A stretch of 64,000 nucleotides of DNA, from NCBI GenBank assembly GCA_963668675.2, contig CAXXMB010000002.1, positions 608,001-672,000 on the forward strand, read 5' to 3'. Below the pieces are notes generated by a model, which was not told the DNA's origin, searched no databases, and saw only the letters and a program-made list of their open reading frames with translations. This stretch comes from an uncultured Desulfatitalea sp. GTDB lineage: Bacteria > Desulfobacterota > Desulfobacteria > Desulfobacterales > Desulfosarcinaceae. A program made the position numbers and the translations under genes. Positions 43,817 through 53,967 of the stretch are shown here, piece after piece (within the stretch, counting starts at the first letter, position 1; every line of letters begins with the position of its first letter).

Positions 43817-45907
43817 ATGGCCAAAAAAGCCCAGGTTAAAATCGGCACCCAAACCCAAACACACTCCCAGTTGCATCAACACTGCCTGCAAGTAAAGAGC
43901 GGGGAGCGCTCATTTGAAAACGCCTTCCAGAGTGTGGCGCGCATGATCCTGGATAACGATATCGAGAAGGTGGTGGTCAACGCCCGCACGACCTACGACT
44001 TCAACATCTTCAGAGGCGGGAAAAAGCACGTCATCGGCATGTACGACGAAATCAACAGCTTTGTCTCCTACGTCAAAGACGCTGCCGAGGCCGGATCGTC
44101 CAAGGAGATGGCCTTCGTGCTGGTGGGCGAACCGGGAAACGGCAAAACCTTCTTCGTGGAGTTTCTCTGCGCCCAGTACCGTGCTTTTCTGGCCAAACCG
44201 CATAATCGCAAGTACACCTTCCGTTTCAAGGGCATCGATGCGCTCGGCAGCTATGGGCGCATCTCCACCATTGAGAGCCAGACCTATGAAGATCCCATGG
44301 TTCTGGCCATGAACCTTTTCGAGGATCCGGATGAAAACCGCACCTTTCTCTCCAAAGAGATCGGGTTCGACGACAAGGCCATTGAAAAGCTCTATGACGA
44401 ATACCGTCCATTAGGCGCATGCAGCGGATATATATGGAACGACATCCGCGCTTACACCGACGGCGATCTGGAGAGAATGCTCGCCTTTGTCGACATCATA
44501 CCCGTCCCTTTAACCGAAAGCCTGGGCACGGTGACCGGCAAATATCCCGCCAAGGACAAGATCACCTCATCGGCTGTCGACCTGTTGGGAGAGGAGTCGA
44601 TTCAACGCCTGCTGCACATCACCGACACCAACAACCCCTACCGCTTCGACCTGCGCCGGGGGGCCCTGGCACGCGTTGCCGGCGGCGGCATCCACTTTGC
44701 CGACGAGATCTTCAAAAACAAAAAGGACCTCGTGCAGGTCTACCTGGGGGTGATTCAGAACCGCAACATCGAAATCGACGGCTACAAATGGCCCATCGAC
44801 ACACTGATCATCGCCACAAGCAACAACTCTGAGTTCAACCGCTTTCTCTCGGAGAAAGAGGAGGCGCCCATCGTCGACCGCTGCCGCATCTGCTACGTAT
44901 CGCACAACACCAACTATAAGATGCAGGCCGACCTCACCAGCTATGCCATCGGTACCGAGGCTCGCACCACATTGAGCCGCGAAGCGCTGCATCAAGACCC
45001 CAACCTCAATTATGCCGCCTCGGTTGCAACCGTATTGTCGCGGCTGCCCCGGTCGGAAAAGCTGACACCCATCGAAACCATGAAGTTGGCGGCTGGCGAG
45101 GTGGCCGGCGAAAAAAGCATCAAGACCCTGGCGGAGGTGATCGACACACTCAATCAGGAGCCCGACATCACCAAGCGGTTCGGCCAGAAAGGATTGGGAC
45201 AGCGCAATCTGGGACGCGCCATTCAACTGCTCACGGAGAGTTCGGAGACCAACGAAGGACAGTGCATGTTCGCATACGATGTCTTCACCGCCTTGGAGCG
45301 CATCATCCTCGACTACGTCTCCGAAGCCAACGACCGTGCCAAATACCTGGAAGATCTCAAACTGGCCAAAGGACTCTACCGCGAACGCATCATGACCGAG
45401 ATGTTCAACGCGTACATGGATGAACCGCTGGCCATCCGCAAGGATGTGATGAGCTACGTCAACATGGTCATCGGTACCGACGCGGAGAACCTCGGCCCGG
45501 ATAAAATGTGGAAATACAAAGACCCCCAGACCGGAGAGCTGCGGGCGCTGAAGATCGACGAACGCTTCATCAAAAGCGTCGAAGAGCGACTGGGCCTTAA
45601 AACCGAGGAGCAGCGGGACACTTTCCGCACCTCGATCCGCAAAATCTACGGACAGAAGATCTCGGTCGACCCCAACTACGACTTCATGGACAACCTGGAG
45701 CTGGTCAAAGCCGTCACCGATGTGCGTCTCAAATCGGACATCGCCGGCGCCGGCAGCCTGATCGGCGCCCTGGCCAACCGCACCAACGAAGAGAACCAGA
45801 AGCTCTACGACCGCATGGTGAGCACCATGCTTGAAAAGTTGGGCTATTGCCGCACCTGCGCCCAGAAGACGATCGAGTACTTTTGCACCCAGGAGGACGA
45901 AAATTAA
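43817..45907 (+). CDS. prkA: PrkA/YeaG family AAA+ 'serine protein kinase'
   Basis: Walker A GEPGNGKT, Walker B IHFADE and C-terminal LGYC..CA. Adjacent to yeaH and spoVR. Confidence 0.88.
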   Translation: MAKKAQVKIGTQTQTHSQLHQHCLQVKSGERSFENAFQSVARMILDNDIEKVVVNARTTYDFNIFRGGKKHVIGMYDEINSFVSYVKDAAEAGSSKEMAFVLVGEPGNGKTFFVEFLCAQYRAFLAKPHNRKYTFRFKGIDALGSYGRISTIESQTYEDPMVLAMNLFEDPDENRTFLSKEIGFDDKAIEKLYDEYRPLGACSGYIWNDIRAYTDGDLERMLAFVDIIPVPLTESLGTVTGKYPAKDKITSSAVDLLGEESIQRLLHITDTNNPYRFDLRRGALARVAGGGIHFADEIFKNKKDLVQVYLGVIQNRNIEIDGYKWPIDTLIIATSNNSEFNRFLSEKEEAPIVDRCRICYVSHNTNYKMQADLTSYAIGTEARTTLSREALHQDPNLNYAASVATVLSRLPRSEKLTPIETMKLAAGEVAGEKSIKTLAEVIDTLNQEPDITKRFGQKGLGQRNLGRAIQLLTESSETNEGQCMFAYDVFTALERIILDYVSEANDRAKYLEDLKLAKGLYRERIMTEMFNAYMDEPLAIRKDVMSYVNMVIGTDAENLGPDKMWKYKDPQTGELRALKIDERFIKSVEERLGLKTEEQRDTFRTSIRKIYGQKISVDPNYDFMDNLELVKAVTDVRLKSDIAGAGSLIGALANRTNEENQKLYDRMVSTMLEKLGYCRTCAQKTIEYFCTQEDEN

Positions 45908-46052
45908 AATGTCACCACAGAAACAGCATCTTTCGGCCCTGGCCGACGTTCTCGCCTTTTTGTAATCCTCGACGCAGCGCTGCTGCGCCTGCGGTTGCAA
46001 ATAGGCTGCGGCCATGACCTGAACCGAAATCTACCATTTCTGAGGCGACATT
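45908..46052. mobile_element. 145-bp MITE-like element inside the prkA operon
   Basis: 16-bp terminal IRs aatgtcaccacagaaa / tttctgaggcgacatt (2 mismatches) and an internal hairpin cgcagc-gct-gctgcg. It begins right after the prkA stop. Confidence 0.55.
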
Positions 46053-46100
46053 AAGGAAAAACTCACTGGAAAAATCATTCAGCAGCCATTAGGCAGTGCG

Positions 46101-47477
46101 ATGAAAAAAAATCTATGGAAAATACATGAAGCGCTCAAGGCGCAAGGGCTCACGCCTGAACAGGAAGTGAAGATCCTTGCCGAGATCCGTCTGAGCGAAA
46201 ATCTCCGGGGAGACGGACGCGCATCTCCCCTTGCACCGCCGCCAGCTCAGAGCATCTATGCATATGACGATATGGCGATGCTGCAGGATATGACCATCAG
46301 CATGGCCAACTACTATGCCCACATCCGAACCATCGACGAACTGCTGGCCAAGGACCGCCAGCGTGCCAAGGACGGTTTTCCCCGCAAAATCAAGGTGGGC
46401 CGCATGATCAAGCCCGGACGCGGCGGAAAGGACAAGGTCATTGTGGTGCCGACCGCCTCCGAAGAGAAACTGATTCACGACCCCTCGTTCAGCGATCAGG
46501 AAGAGGAAGAGGCCGGCGGCGGTTCGGGTGAAGGCGAAGAGGGGGAGGTGATCGGTGAGGAGCCGGTGCGCCCGACCCAGGAGGGCAGCGGCGCCGGTCC
46601 CGGCCAGGGAGAAGGCGAGGAGCATGAACTGGAGTCCTCGGCCTACGACATGGGGCGGATTCTCACCGAGCAGTTCGAGTTGCCCAACCTGAAAGACAAG
46701 GGCAAAAAGCGCTCCTTGACGCGCTACACCTACGACCTGACCGACCGGCACCAGGGGTTCGGCCAGGTGCTCGATAAAAAGGCTACACTGCGTAAAATCG
46801 TCGAAACCAATATCCACCTGGGTAACATCCCCGATGTTTACAACATCGATCCGGTGGACTTTCTAATCTCGCCCAGGGACATGATCTACCGCATCCTGAG
46901 CCGCGAAAAAGATCTGGAGTCCCAGGCCATGGTCTTTTTCGTGCGCGACTACTCTGGCTCCATGGTCGGTAAGACCACCGAGCTGATTGTCGCCCAGCAC
47001 GTGCTGATTTACAGCTGGCTGCTCTACCAATACACGAACCAGGTCGAAACCCGATTCATTCTTCATGACACCAACGCCAAAGAGGTGCCCGATTTTTACA
47101 CCTATTACAACTCCAAGGTGGCCGGCGGAACGCAGGTATCATCCGCCTATAAACTGGTCAACACGATCGTGAAGGAGGAGAATCTGGCTCAGGATTACAA
47201 CATCTATATCTTCCACGGAACAGATGGTGACGACTGGGACACCGAAGGCCGTGAGTCGATCCCCCAACTCAAAACCATGCTCGGGTATGCCAACCGAATC
47301 GGCATTACCATCGCCCAGCACAGCGCCGGCAGCACCACCGAAGTGGAGAAGTATATCAAAAAATCCGGCCTGCTTGAAACATCTTCGGAGCTGTTGCGCA
47401 TGGATATCCTGGATGACGACGCCGATGAATCGCGTCTGATCGAAGGCATCAAAAAGCTGATCTCCCAGGAGAAGTAA
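46101..47477 (+). CDS. yeaH: YeaH/YhbH (DUF444) vWA-like protein
   Basis: Gly/Glu-rich linker, MIDAS-like DYSGSM, GGT.VSSAY and YNIYIFHGTDGD. Confidence 0.85.
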   Translation: MKKNLWKIHEALKAQGLTPEQEVKILAEIRLSENLRGDGRASPLAPPPAQSIYAYDDMAMLQDMTISMANYYAHIRTIDELLAKDRQRAKDGFPRKIKVGRMIKPGRGGKDKVIVVPTASEEKLIHDPSFSDQEEEEAGGGSGEGEEGEVIGEEPVRPTQEGSGAGPGQGEGEEHELESSAYDMGRILTEQFELPNLKDKGKKRSLTRYTYDLTDRHQGFGQVLDKKATLRKIVETNIHLGNIPDVYNIDPVDFLISPRDMIYRILSREKDLESQAMVFFVRDYSGSMVGKTTELIVAQHVLIYSWLLYQYTNQVETRFILHDTNAKEVPDFYTYYNSKVAGGTQVSSAYKLVNTIVKEENLAQDYNIYIFHGTDGDDWDTEGRESIPQLKTMLGYANRIGITIAQHSAGSTTEVEKYIKKSGLLETSSELLRMDILDDDADESRLIEGIKKLISQEK

Positions 47478-47523
47478 TCAGGCCGCAGATACCAGGAAGG
47501 CAACCCGAAAAGGCGACAATCCT

Positions 47524-49170
47524 ATGGAACTGGTCGATCAACACACCAAAAACATCATGGAAGGGTGTAAAGAGCGCGCTCGGGCAGCGGGACTCAGCTT
47601 TGAAGACGAATCCCTGGAGTATGTTGTCACCAACCGGGACCTGCTCGAACTGTCGCCCAAACTGATGATCCCCACGCTCTACGACTACTGGGTCCATGAT
47701 GTCGAAGTCCTCAAAGGCAAGGGTAAATATGAACTCTACCCCAGCAATCCTTATGAAACGGTCATAAACACCCGACCGGCCATCTCATACTATAACGACA
47801 ACAACCCCGATTGGCTAAACGTGATGATCTTTTATCATGTGTTGGCCCACATCGATTTTTTTCAGAACAACCTCTTCTACCGACATACATGGGACTACGA
47901 TTTTACCGGTGAAGCCCTTTCGGACAAGCGCGTCATCGCCAAGCTGCGCTCCGAACACGGGCGTTGGGTCGACTATATCATCGAATTTGCGCGCGGCATC
48001 GACAACCTGGTCGGCTACTACCGGGAGCTGGATCACTTTTTCCCCATTGCCACGACCCAGCACAGCCTGCGACTGGACTACTATTTCGATATTTTCCTGC
48101 AGCAGGTCAAAAAGGTCAAGATGAGCGAATACATCAAGGAGATCGAACGCTACAATCAGTATCGCTCGGAACATGGCGAGCTGTTTGAAGACATCTTCTT
48201 TGCCGAGGTGGACCGGCGCCATCCCGAATTCAAAGCGCTGCACGCCAAATACAAAGAGACCCGGAAGGCGCGCCCCAAAGACCTGCTCCAGCATATCCTG
48301 GAGTACTCTGAATTTATCAACAAGGAAGAGAATAAGTGGATGAAGGCGATCATCGAAATGATTCGCAAAACATCCCTCTTTTTCCAACCCCAGATCCGCA
48401 CCAAAATAATGAACGAGGGCTGGGCCAGCTACTGGCATGAGACGCTTTTTCTAAAAGACGACCGCATCAAGGGGCATGAGGTGGATTTTGCGCGGGTCAA
48501 TGCCGGCGTCACCTCCATGCCCCGGGTGGGGATGAACCCCTATGCGCTCGGCATGCGCCTCTTTTACGCCATCGAAGCATGGGCCGACCAAGGCAGGTTG
48601 AAATGGGATTTTCAGCGACTCAATGACGCCAATCAACGAAAAAGCTTCGATACCAAAGAGGGCAACGGACGCGACTATATCTTTTCCGTGCGGGAGAATC
48701 TTTGCGACTTCAATTTCATCAATCAATTCATCAATCAGGATTTCGTCGACCAGCACGACCTTTTTGTTGCCGGACGACGCCTCAACGAAGCAAAAATGGT
48801 GTGGGAGTATTACGTCAAGAGTCGCAGCGCTGAAGCCTACCGCCAGATGCTGCTCGATTCGCTCTATCACCCGCCGAGCATAGCGCTGGACCCCGAGAAG
48901 GGCAAGGAGGCCGGCAGCCTGTATCTGGTGCACCAATTCGAGGGCAAACCCCTGCTGAAAGAGTTTATTCCCAACACATTGCTGGGGTTGGAATACCTGT
49001 GGGGCGGCACGGTGGAGCTGGAGACACAAGAGGTGGTGCCCACTGGTTCACGCTCGGATCGGCCGCGCTATATGGCCGGCGGCGAAACCCCGAAACAGTC
49101 TGAAATCATATGGCAACGCGTGGTTTACACCATGAAGGACAGAAAAATCAGCCGGCGCAAGGTCGAATAG
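47524..49170 (+). CDS. spoVR: SpoVR/YcgB family protein
   Basis: YETVINT.P, HVLAHIDFF.NN, PQIRTKIMNEGWASYWH and NPYALG. Confidence 0.9.
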   Translation: MELVDQHTKNIMEGCKERARAAGLSFEDESLEYVVTNRDLLELSPKLMIPTLYDYWVHDVEVLKGKGKYELYPSNPYETVINTRPAISYYNDNNPDWLNVMIFYHVLAHIDFFQNNLFYRHTWDYDFTGEALSDKRVIAKLRSEHGRWVDYIIEFARGIDNLVGYYRELDHFFPIATTQHSLRLDYYFDIFLQQVKKVKMSEYIKEIERYNQYRSEHGELFEDIFFAEVDRRHPEFKALHAKYKETRKARPKDLLQHILEYSEFINKEENKWMKAIIEMIRKTSLFFQPQIRTKIMNEGWASYWHETLFLKDDRIKGHEVDFARVNAGVTSMPRVGMNPYALGMRLFYAIEAWADQGRLKWDFQRLNDANQRKSFDTKEGNGRDYIFSVRENLCDFNFINQFINQDFVDQHDLFVAGRRLNEAKMVWEYYVKSRSAEAYRQMLLDSLYHPPSIALDPEKGKEAGSLYLVHQFEGKPLLKEFIPNTLLGLEYLWGGTVELETQEVVPTGSRSDRPRYMAGGETPKQSEIIWQRVVYTMKDRKISRRKVE

Positions 49171-49211
49171 TGGCACAGCGTTCACGAGTCAATCATGGAG
49201 GCGGTCAAAAA

Positions 49212-51533
49212 ATGACAGACAAAATGACCACAAAGAGAGAGACGCCCAATATCGAAAAGGCGATGCAGCAGATCCAGCGCGCCCAGGCGACCCTCGATCA
49301 CCAATATCCGATTGCCTTCAAGGCATTCCTGGACCGTGTCGTCCAGCAGCCGAAAAGCATGATTCGAAATGTTTTTCAATATTTCCATGATATGGTCAAC
49401 GCCTATGTCGGGGCGGGTATCGACGAGTATCCGGAGGACCCGGAATCGATCAAGTATGTGGATTACGACTGCACCAAACTCTTTGTAGAGGATTCGGACC
49501 ACCCCTTTTTGGCCGACCGTATCTTCGCGAACCGTTTCATCAAACAGGTCGGGAGTATGAGGCAGGGAGCACAGCAAAACAAAATCTATATCTTCGACGG
49601 TCCTCATGGGTGTGGGAAGAGCACCTTCCTCAACAATCTGCTGAGCAAGTTTGAAGAGTATGCCAACACCGAGGCAGGCATCCGATTTGAAACCATATGG
49701 CGCATCGACACCTCGGCCTTGGGTGGACCCGAGGTGAGCAATGAGACCATCTCCATCCTGGAAAAGCTGTTTCAGTTGCAAAAAGAGTCCAACGAAGACC
49801 AATACGACCGCATGAAATCACGTATCATGCATCAGGGCGGGGAGCAGTATATCGACATCCCCTGCCCCAGCCATGACAACCCTCTGTTAATGGTTCCGAA
49901 ACCACAGCGACGCGCCTTTTTGGACGATCTTTTCCAAAACGACGCCTTCAAATACACCCTCTTCACCAACAAGGAGTATGAGTGGGTCTTCAGCGACCAG
50001 CCGTGCACCATCTGCAGCTCACTGTTCAATGTTATCCAACGCCAACTGCAAGACCCCATGAAGGTCTTTGACATGCTCTGGGCCCGCCCATACCATTTCA
50101 ACCGCCGACTGGGCACCGGCATCAATGTTTTCAATCCCGGCGACAGCCCTATCAAGCAGACCGTACTCACCAACGAGATGCTTCAGAACCGCATCAACCG
50201 CCTTTTCGGCGACAGCAACCAGGTGCAGTACATCTACTCGCGCTACGCCAAATCCAACAACGGCCTATATGCCCTGGCGGATATCAAGTCACACAATATC
50301 GAGCGTCTGATCGAGCTGCACAACATTATCTCGGAGGGGGTTCACAAAGTGCGGGAGATCGAGGAGAATGTCGACTCCCTCTTCATGGCGCTGATGAATC
50401 CCGAAGACAAGAAAAACATCCAGAACATTCAATCGTTCTCGGATCGCATCGCCTACATCAACATCTCATACGTACTCGACCTCAGAACCGAAGTGGACAT
50501 ATATCGCAACATCTTCGGGCGCCAGATCGATACCGCCTTCCTGCCGCGCGTACTGCACAACTTTTCGCGGATCATCATCTCTTCACGCCTGAGCCTCAGG
50601 TCCGAAGCCCTTCTGGAGTGGATTGGCGATCCTGAAAAGTACAGCCGTTATTGCGACAAAAACCTCCAGCTGCTCAAGATGGAGATCTATACCGGCTACA
50701 TACCGAACTGGTTGGGTGAAGAGGATCGCAAGCGTCTGACGGCCAGGCGACGCCGAAAGATTATTGGCGAAGCTGAAAATGAAGGTAAGCACGGCATCTC
50801 CGGACGCGACTCGATTAAAATATTCAGCGAATTTTACAACACCTATGCAAAAGACGACGATCTGATCGACATGTCGATCCTGTGTAAATTTTTCAGATCC
50901 CGAAAAGATCTGCGCGCCTCCATACCCGACGGGTTTCTCGAATCACTGCTGCACATGTATGACTATTCGGTTCTGCAGGAGGTCAAGGAGTCTCTTTACT
51001 ACTATAACGAAGAGCAGATCGCTGTGGAGATTCAGAACTATATGTTTGCCGTCAATTTCGAGCCGGGTTCCTTTGAACGCTGTCCCTACACCGGCGACAA
51101 AATAGAGATCACCGAGGCATATCTGACCCATTTCGAGAAACGCCTGCTTGGCATTGGTGCCTCGGAAGAGGAGCGCCACAACTTCCGCAAAGACGTACAG
51201 AAAGAGTATGCCACCAAGACCCTGCCCCAGGAGCTCCCCACCCACGGCAAAAGTCTGGTCCAAAGCACCCTTTTCGGCAAACTCAACGAGCGCTACATCT
51301 ACAATATCAAAGAGAAGGTGCTCGACCCCTTCCTGGACAACGAAAATTTCAGAAGGGCCATCAAGGATTTCGACCTGCCCGATTTTAAGACATACGACAG
51401 CAAAATCCGCGAGGATGTCACCTATCTGATGAACAACCTGACAACCAAATACGGCTATACCGCCCAGGGTGCCAAGGCCGTCTGCATCTATGTCATCGAC
51501 AACGATCTGGCGCGCATTTTCATGAGCCCGTAG
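49212..51533 (+). CDS. Second, divergent PrkA-family ATPase
   Basis: Walker A GPHGCGKS, EG..GISGR and C-terminal YGY...GA. Start at ATG 49212 after GGAGG. Confidence 0.82.
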   Translation: MTDKMTTKRETPNIEKAMQQIQRAQATLDHQYPIAFKAFLDRVVQQPKSMIRNVFQYFHDMVNAYVGAGIDEYPEDPESIKYVDYDCTKLFVEDSDHPFLADRIFANRFIKQVGSMRQGAQQNKIYIFDGPHGCGKSTFLNNLLSKFEEYANTEAGIRFETIWRIDTSALGGPEVSNETISILEKLFQLQKESNEDQYDRMKSRIMHQGGEQYIDIPCPSHDNPLLMVPKPQRRAFLDDLFQNDAFKYTLFTNKEYEWVFSDQPCTICSSLFNVIQRQLQDPMKVFDMLWARPYHFNRRLGTGINVFNPGDSPIKQTVLTNEMLQNRINRLFGDSNQVQYIYSRYAKSNNGLYALADIKSHNIERLIELHNIISEGVHKVREIEENVDSLFMALMNPEDKKNIQNIQSFSDRIAYINISYVLDLRTEVDIYRNIFGRQIDTAFLPRVLHNFSRIIISSRLSLRSEALLEWIGDPEKYSRYCDKNLQLLKMEIYTGYIPNWLGEEDRKRLTARRRRKIIGEAENEGKHGISGRDSIKIFSEFYNTYAKDDDLIDMSILCKFFRSRKDLRASIPDGFLESLLHMYDYSVLQEVKESLYYYNEEQIAVEIQNYMFAVNFEPGSFERCPYTGDKIEITEAYLTHFEKRLLGIGASEEERHNFRKDVQKEYATKTLPQELPTHGKSLVQSTLFGKLNERYIYNIKEKVLDPFLDNENFRRAIKDFDLPDFKTYDSKIREDVTYLMNNLTTKYGYTAQGAKAVCIYVIDNDLARIFMSP

Positions 51534-51769
51534 GCCTTTTGTCCGGTGCCGCTTCGTTTCGTCTCCACCTTTTTCCGGTCGGTCCCCCTTCCCACCCTCT
51601 TTTTCAATCGGTTCACTTTACAATTGCCACGCGTGCATTACTATGACTTTACAAAATTAAAAGTAATGACATAATTTTCACTAAACGTACCTGTTTAACC
51701 TTTTATCCGGCCGGCAACGCCGGCTTGAAACGTCCCTGAGAGGCGGGGATCACATCAAAGGAGAGAGAG

Positions 51770-53683
51770 ATGGGAAAACTGATAGGAATCGATCTAGGAA
51801 CCACCAATTCATGCGTCGCCATCATGGAAAATGGCGAGACCAAGGTTATCACCAATTCAGACGGCGGACGAACCACTCCGTCGGTCTATGCCGTGTCTGA
51901 GAATGGGGAGCGTCTCGTGGGCCAGATTGCAAAACGCCAGGCGGTCACCAACCCCGAACAGACGGTGTTCGGCGTCAAGCGCCTGATCGGCCGCACCTAT
52001 GATTCGCCCGAGATTCAGAAAGACATAACGGTTCTGCCCTACCGCATCGAGAAAGCCGCCAACGGCGACGCCCATATACGGTTGAAGGGCAAAAGCTACA
52101 GCCCGGCCGAGATCTCGGCCCAGATCCTGATGACCCTGCGCCAGGCCGCCGAGGACTACCTGGGAGAGAAGGTCACCGATGCGGTGATCACCGTACCGGC
52201 CTATTTCAACGACAGCCAGCGCCAGGCTACCAAGGATGCCGGTAAAATTGCCGGATTGAATGTCCAGAGGATCATCAATGAGCCCACCGCTGCGTCGTTG
52301 GCCTACGGCCTGGGCAAACGAACCGAAGGAACGGTAGCGGTATTCGATCTGGGCGGCGGCACCTTCGACGTCTCGATCCTCGATATCGGCGATGGCGTCT
52401 TCGAGGTCAAGGCGACCAATGGGGACACCCATCTGGGCGGAGAGGATTTCGACCTGCTTCTGATCGATGAACTCGCCGATCAATTCAAAAAGGAGCAGGG
52501 CATCGATCTGCGCGGCGATGCCATGGCCCTGCAACGCCTCAAGGAGGCTGCCGAAAAAGCCAAAATGGAGCTTTCGTCCACGGTGGAGACCACGATCAAT
52601 CTGCCGTTTATTACAGCCGACGCCAGCGGCCCCAAACATCTGAACGTCAAAATGACCCGCAGCCGTCTCGAAGGTTTAGTGGCGGGCCTGCTGGATAAAC
52701 TGGAAGCACCCTGTCGCACAGCGCTTAAGGATGCAGGCCTCAGTGCCGCCCAGATCGATGACGTTATTCTGGTCGGCGGCATGACCCGCATGCCCGCAGT
52801 CCAGGAACGTGTTCGCAAGATCTTCGGTAAAGAGCCCGATAAAAGCGTCAATCCCGACGAGGTGGTTGCCCTGGGCGCTTCGATTCAAGGTGCTGTACTG
52901 AAAGGCGATGTAAAGGATGTGCTCCTGCTGGACGTAACACCGCTCTCCCTCGGCATCGAGACATTGGGCGGTGTCATGACCCGTCTGATCGAAAAAAACA
53001 CTACGATTCCGGCCAAAAAGAGCGAAATCTTTTCAACCGCCGAGGATAACCAGCCTGCAGTTTCGGTCCACGTCCTGCAGGGCGAACGTGAGATGGCCGC
53101 GGACAACAAGACCATGGGCCGCTTTGAACTGGTCGGCATCCAGCCGGCACCACGGGGAACCCCTCAGATCGAGGTCACCTTTGACATCGATGCCAACGGC
53201 ATCGTCAACGTATCGGCCAAGGACTTGAACACCGGGAAGGCGCAGTCGATCCAGATCACCGCTTCAAGCGGGCTGACCAAGGAGGAGATCGATCGACTGG
53301 TCAAAGATGCCGAGTTGCATGCGGCCGACGACCAGCAAAAGAGACAGCTGATCCAGGCGCGCAACGAGGCGGATGCTTTGATCTACTCTGTAGAAAAATC
53401 CCTGAACGACCTGGGCGAAAAGATAGATCCAGCCAGCCGAAGCCAGGCTGAAAACGCCGTCAACGATTTGAAGCAGGCCATGCAGGGTGACGATGCGAGT
53501 CGCATACGGGCATTGAGCGAGCAGCTGAGTCAAATTGTCCACACCCTATCACGCACCGCTTACGACCAGAACGCACAGTCGGGGGCTTCTGCCAATCAAG
53601 GCTGCCCGAATAGAGGCGCTTATAACCACAACACTGCCGCCAACGACGATGTGGTAGATGCCGATTTCGAGGAGGTCGCATAA
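51770..53683 (+). CDS. dnaK: Hsp70 chaperone DnaK (no adjacent grpE/dnaJ)
   Basis: [25 protein letters not shown] and C-terminal [10 protein letters not shown]. Confidence 0.96.
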   Translation: MGKLIGIDLGTTNSCVAIMENGETKVITNSDGGRTTPSVYAVSENGERLVGQIAKRQAVTNPEQTVFGVKRLIGRTYDSPEIQKDITVLPYRIEKAANGDAHIRLKGKSYSPAEISAQILMTLRQAAEDYLGEKVTDAVITVPAYFNDSQRQATKDAGKIAGLNVQRIINEPTAASLAYGLGKRTEGTVAVFDLGGGTFDVSILDIGDGVFEVKATNGDTHLGGEDFDLLLIDELADQFKKEQGIDLRGDAMALQRLKEAAEKAKMELSSTVETTINLPFITADASGPKHLNVKMTRSRLEGLVAGLLDKLEAPCRTALKDAGLSAAQIDDVILVGGMTRMPAVQERVRKIFGKEPDKSVNPDEVVALGASIQGAVLKGDVKDVLLLDVTPLSLGIETLGGVMTRLIEKNTTIPAKKSEIFSTAEDNQPAVSVHVLQGEREMAADNKTMGRFELVGIQPAPRGTPQIEVTFDIDANGIVNVSAKDLNTGKAQSIQITASSGLTKEEIDRLVKDAELHAADDQQKRQLIQARNEADALIYSVEKSLNDLGEKIDPASRSQAENAVNDLKQAMQGDDASRIRALSEQLSQIVHTLSRTAYDQNAQSGASANQGCPNRGAYNHNTAANDDVVDADFEEVA

Positions 53684-53847
53684 CCCGGTCCTATCTTGCT
53701 GATCCGTTTGGCATTGATGGACCTGTCGCACGAATTCCCAATATCGATCCTCGTATGATGTCTGTCCGGCCCCCTCCCCCCGGGGTGGGGTGTCCGGGCA
53801 GGCACCTTCCCGTCCTTATTGTTCTCCCCATAACTCCTATTAAATAC

Positions 53848-53874
53848 TAAAGGCCGTTGGCAAAGTGCCGATCA
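53848..53874 (+). promoter_or_regulatory. Putative sigma28 (FliA) promoter of the hybrid kinase
   Basis: TAAA-N15-GCCGATCA with consensus spacing. Confidence 0.65.
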
Positions 53875-53967
53875 TATAATCTCTATGGATATGCTCTGGT
53901 TCCTAATATTTGACAGCTCACCATTTCAACCCGTTGAGCTGATTTTGAACATGACCGGAAAACGACA

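Noticed and set aside
44567..46015. 482-aa ORF on the - strand
   Set aside because: Antisense shadow of prkA.
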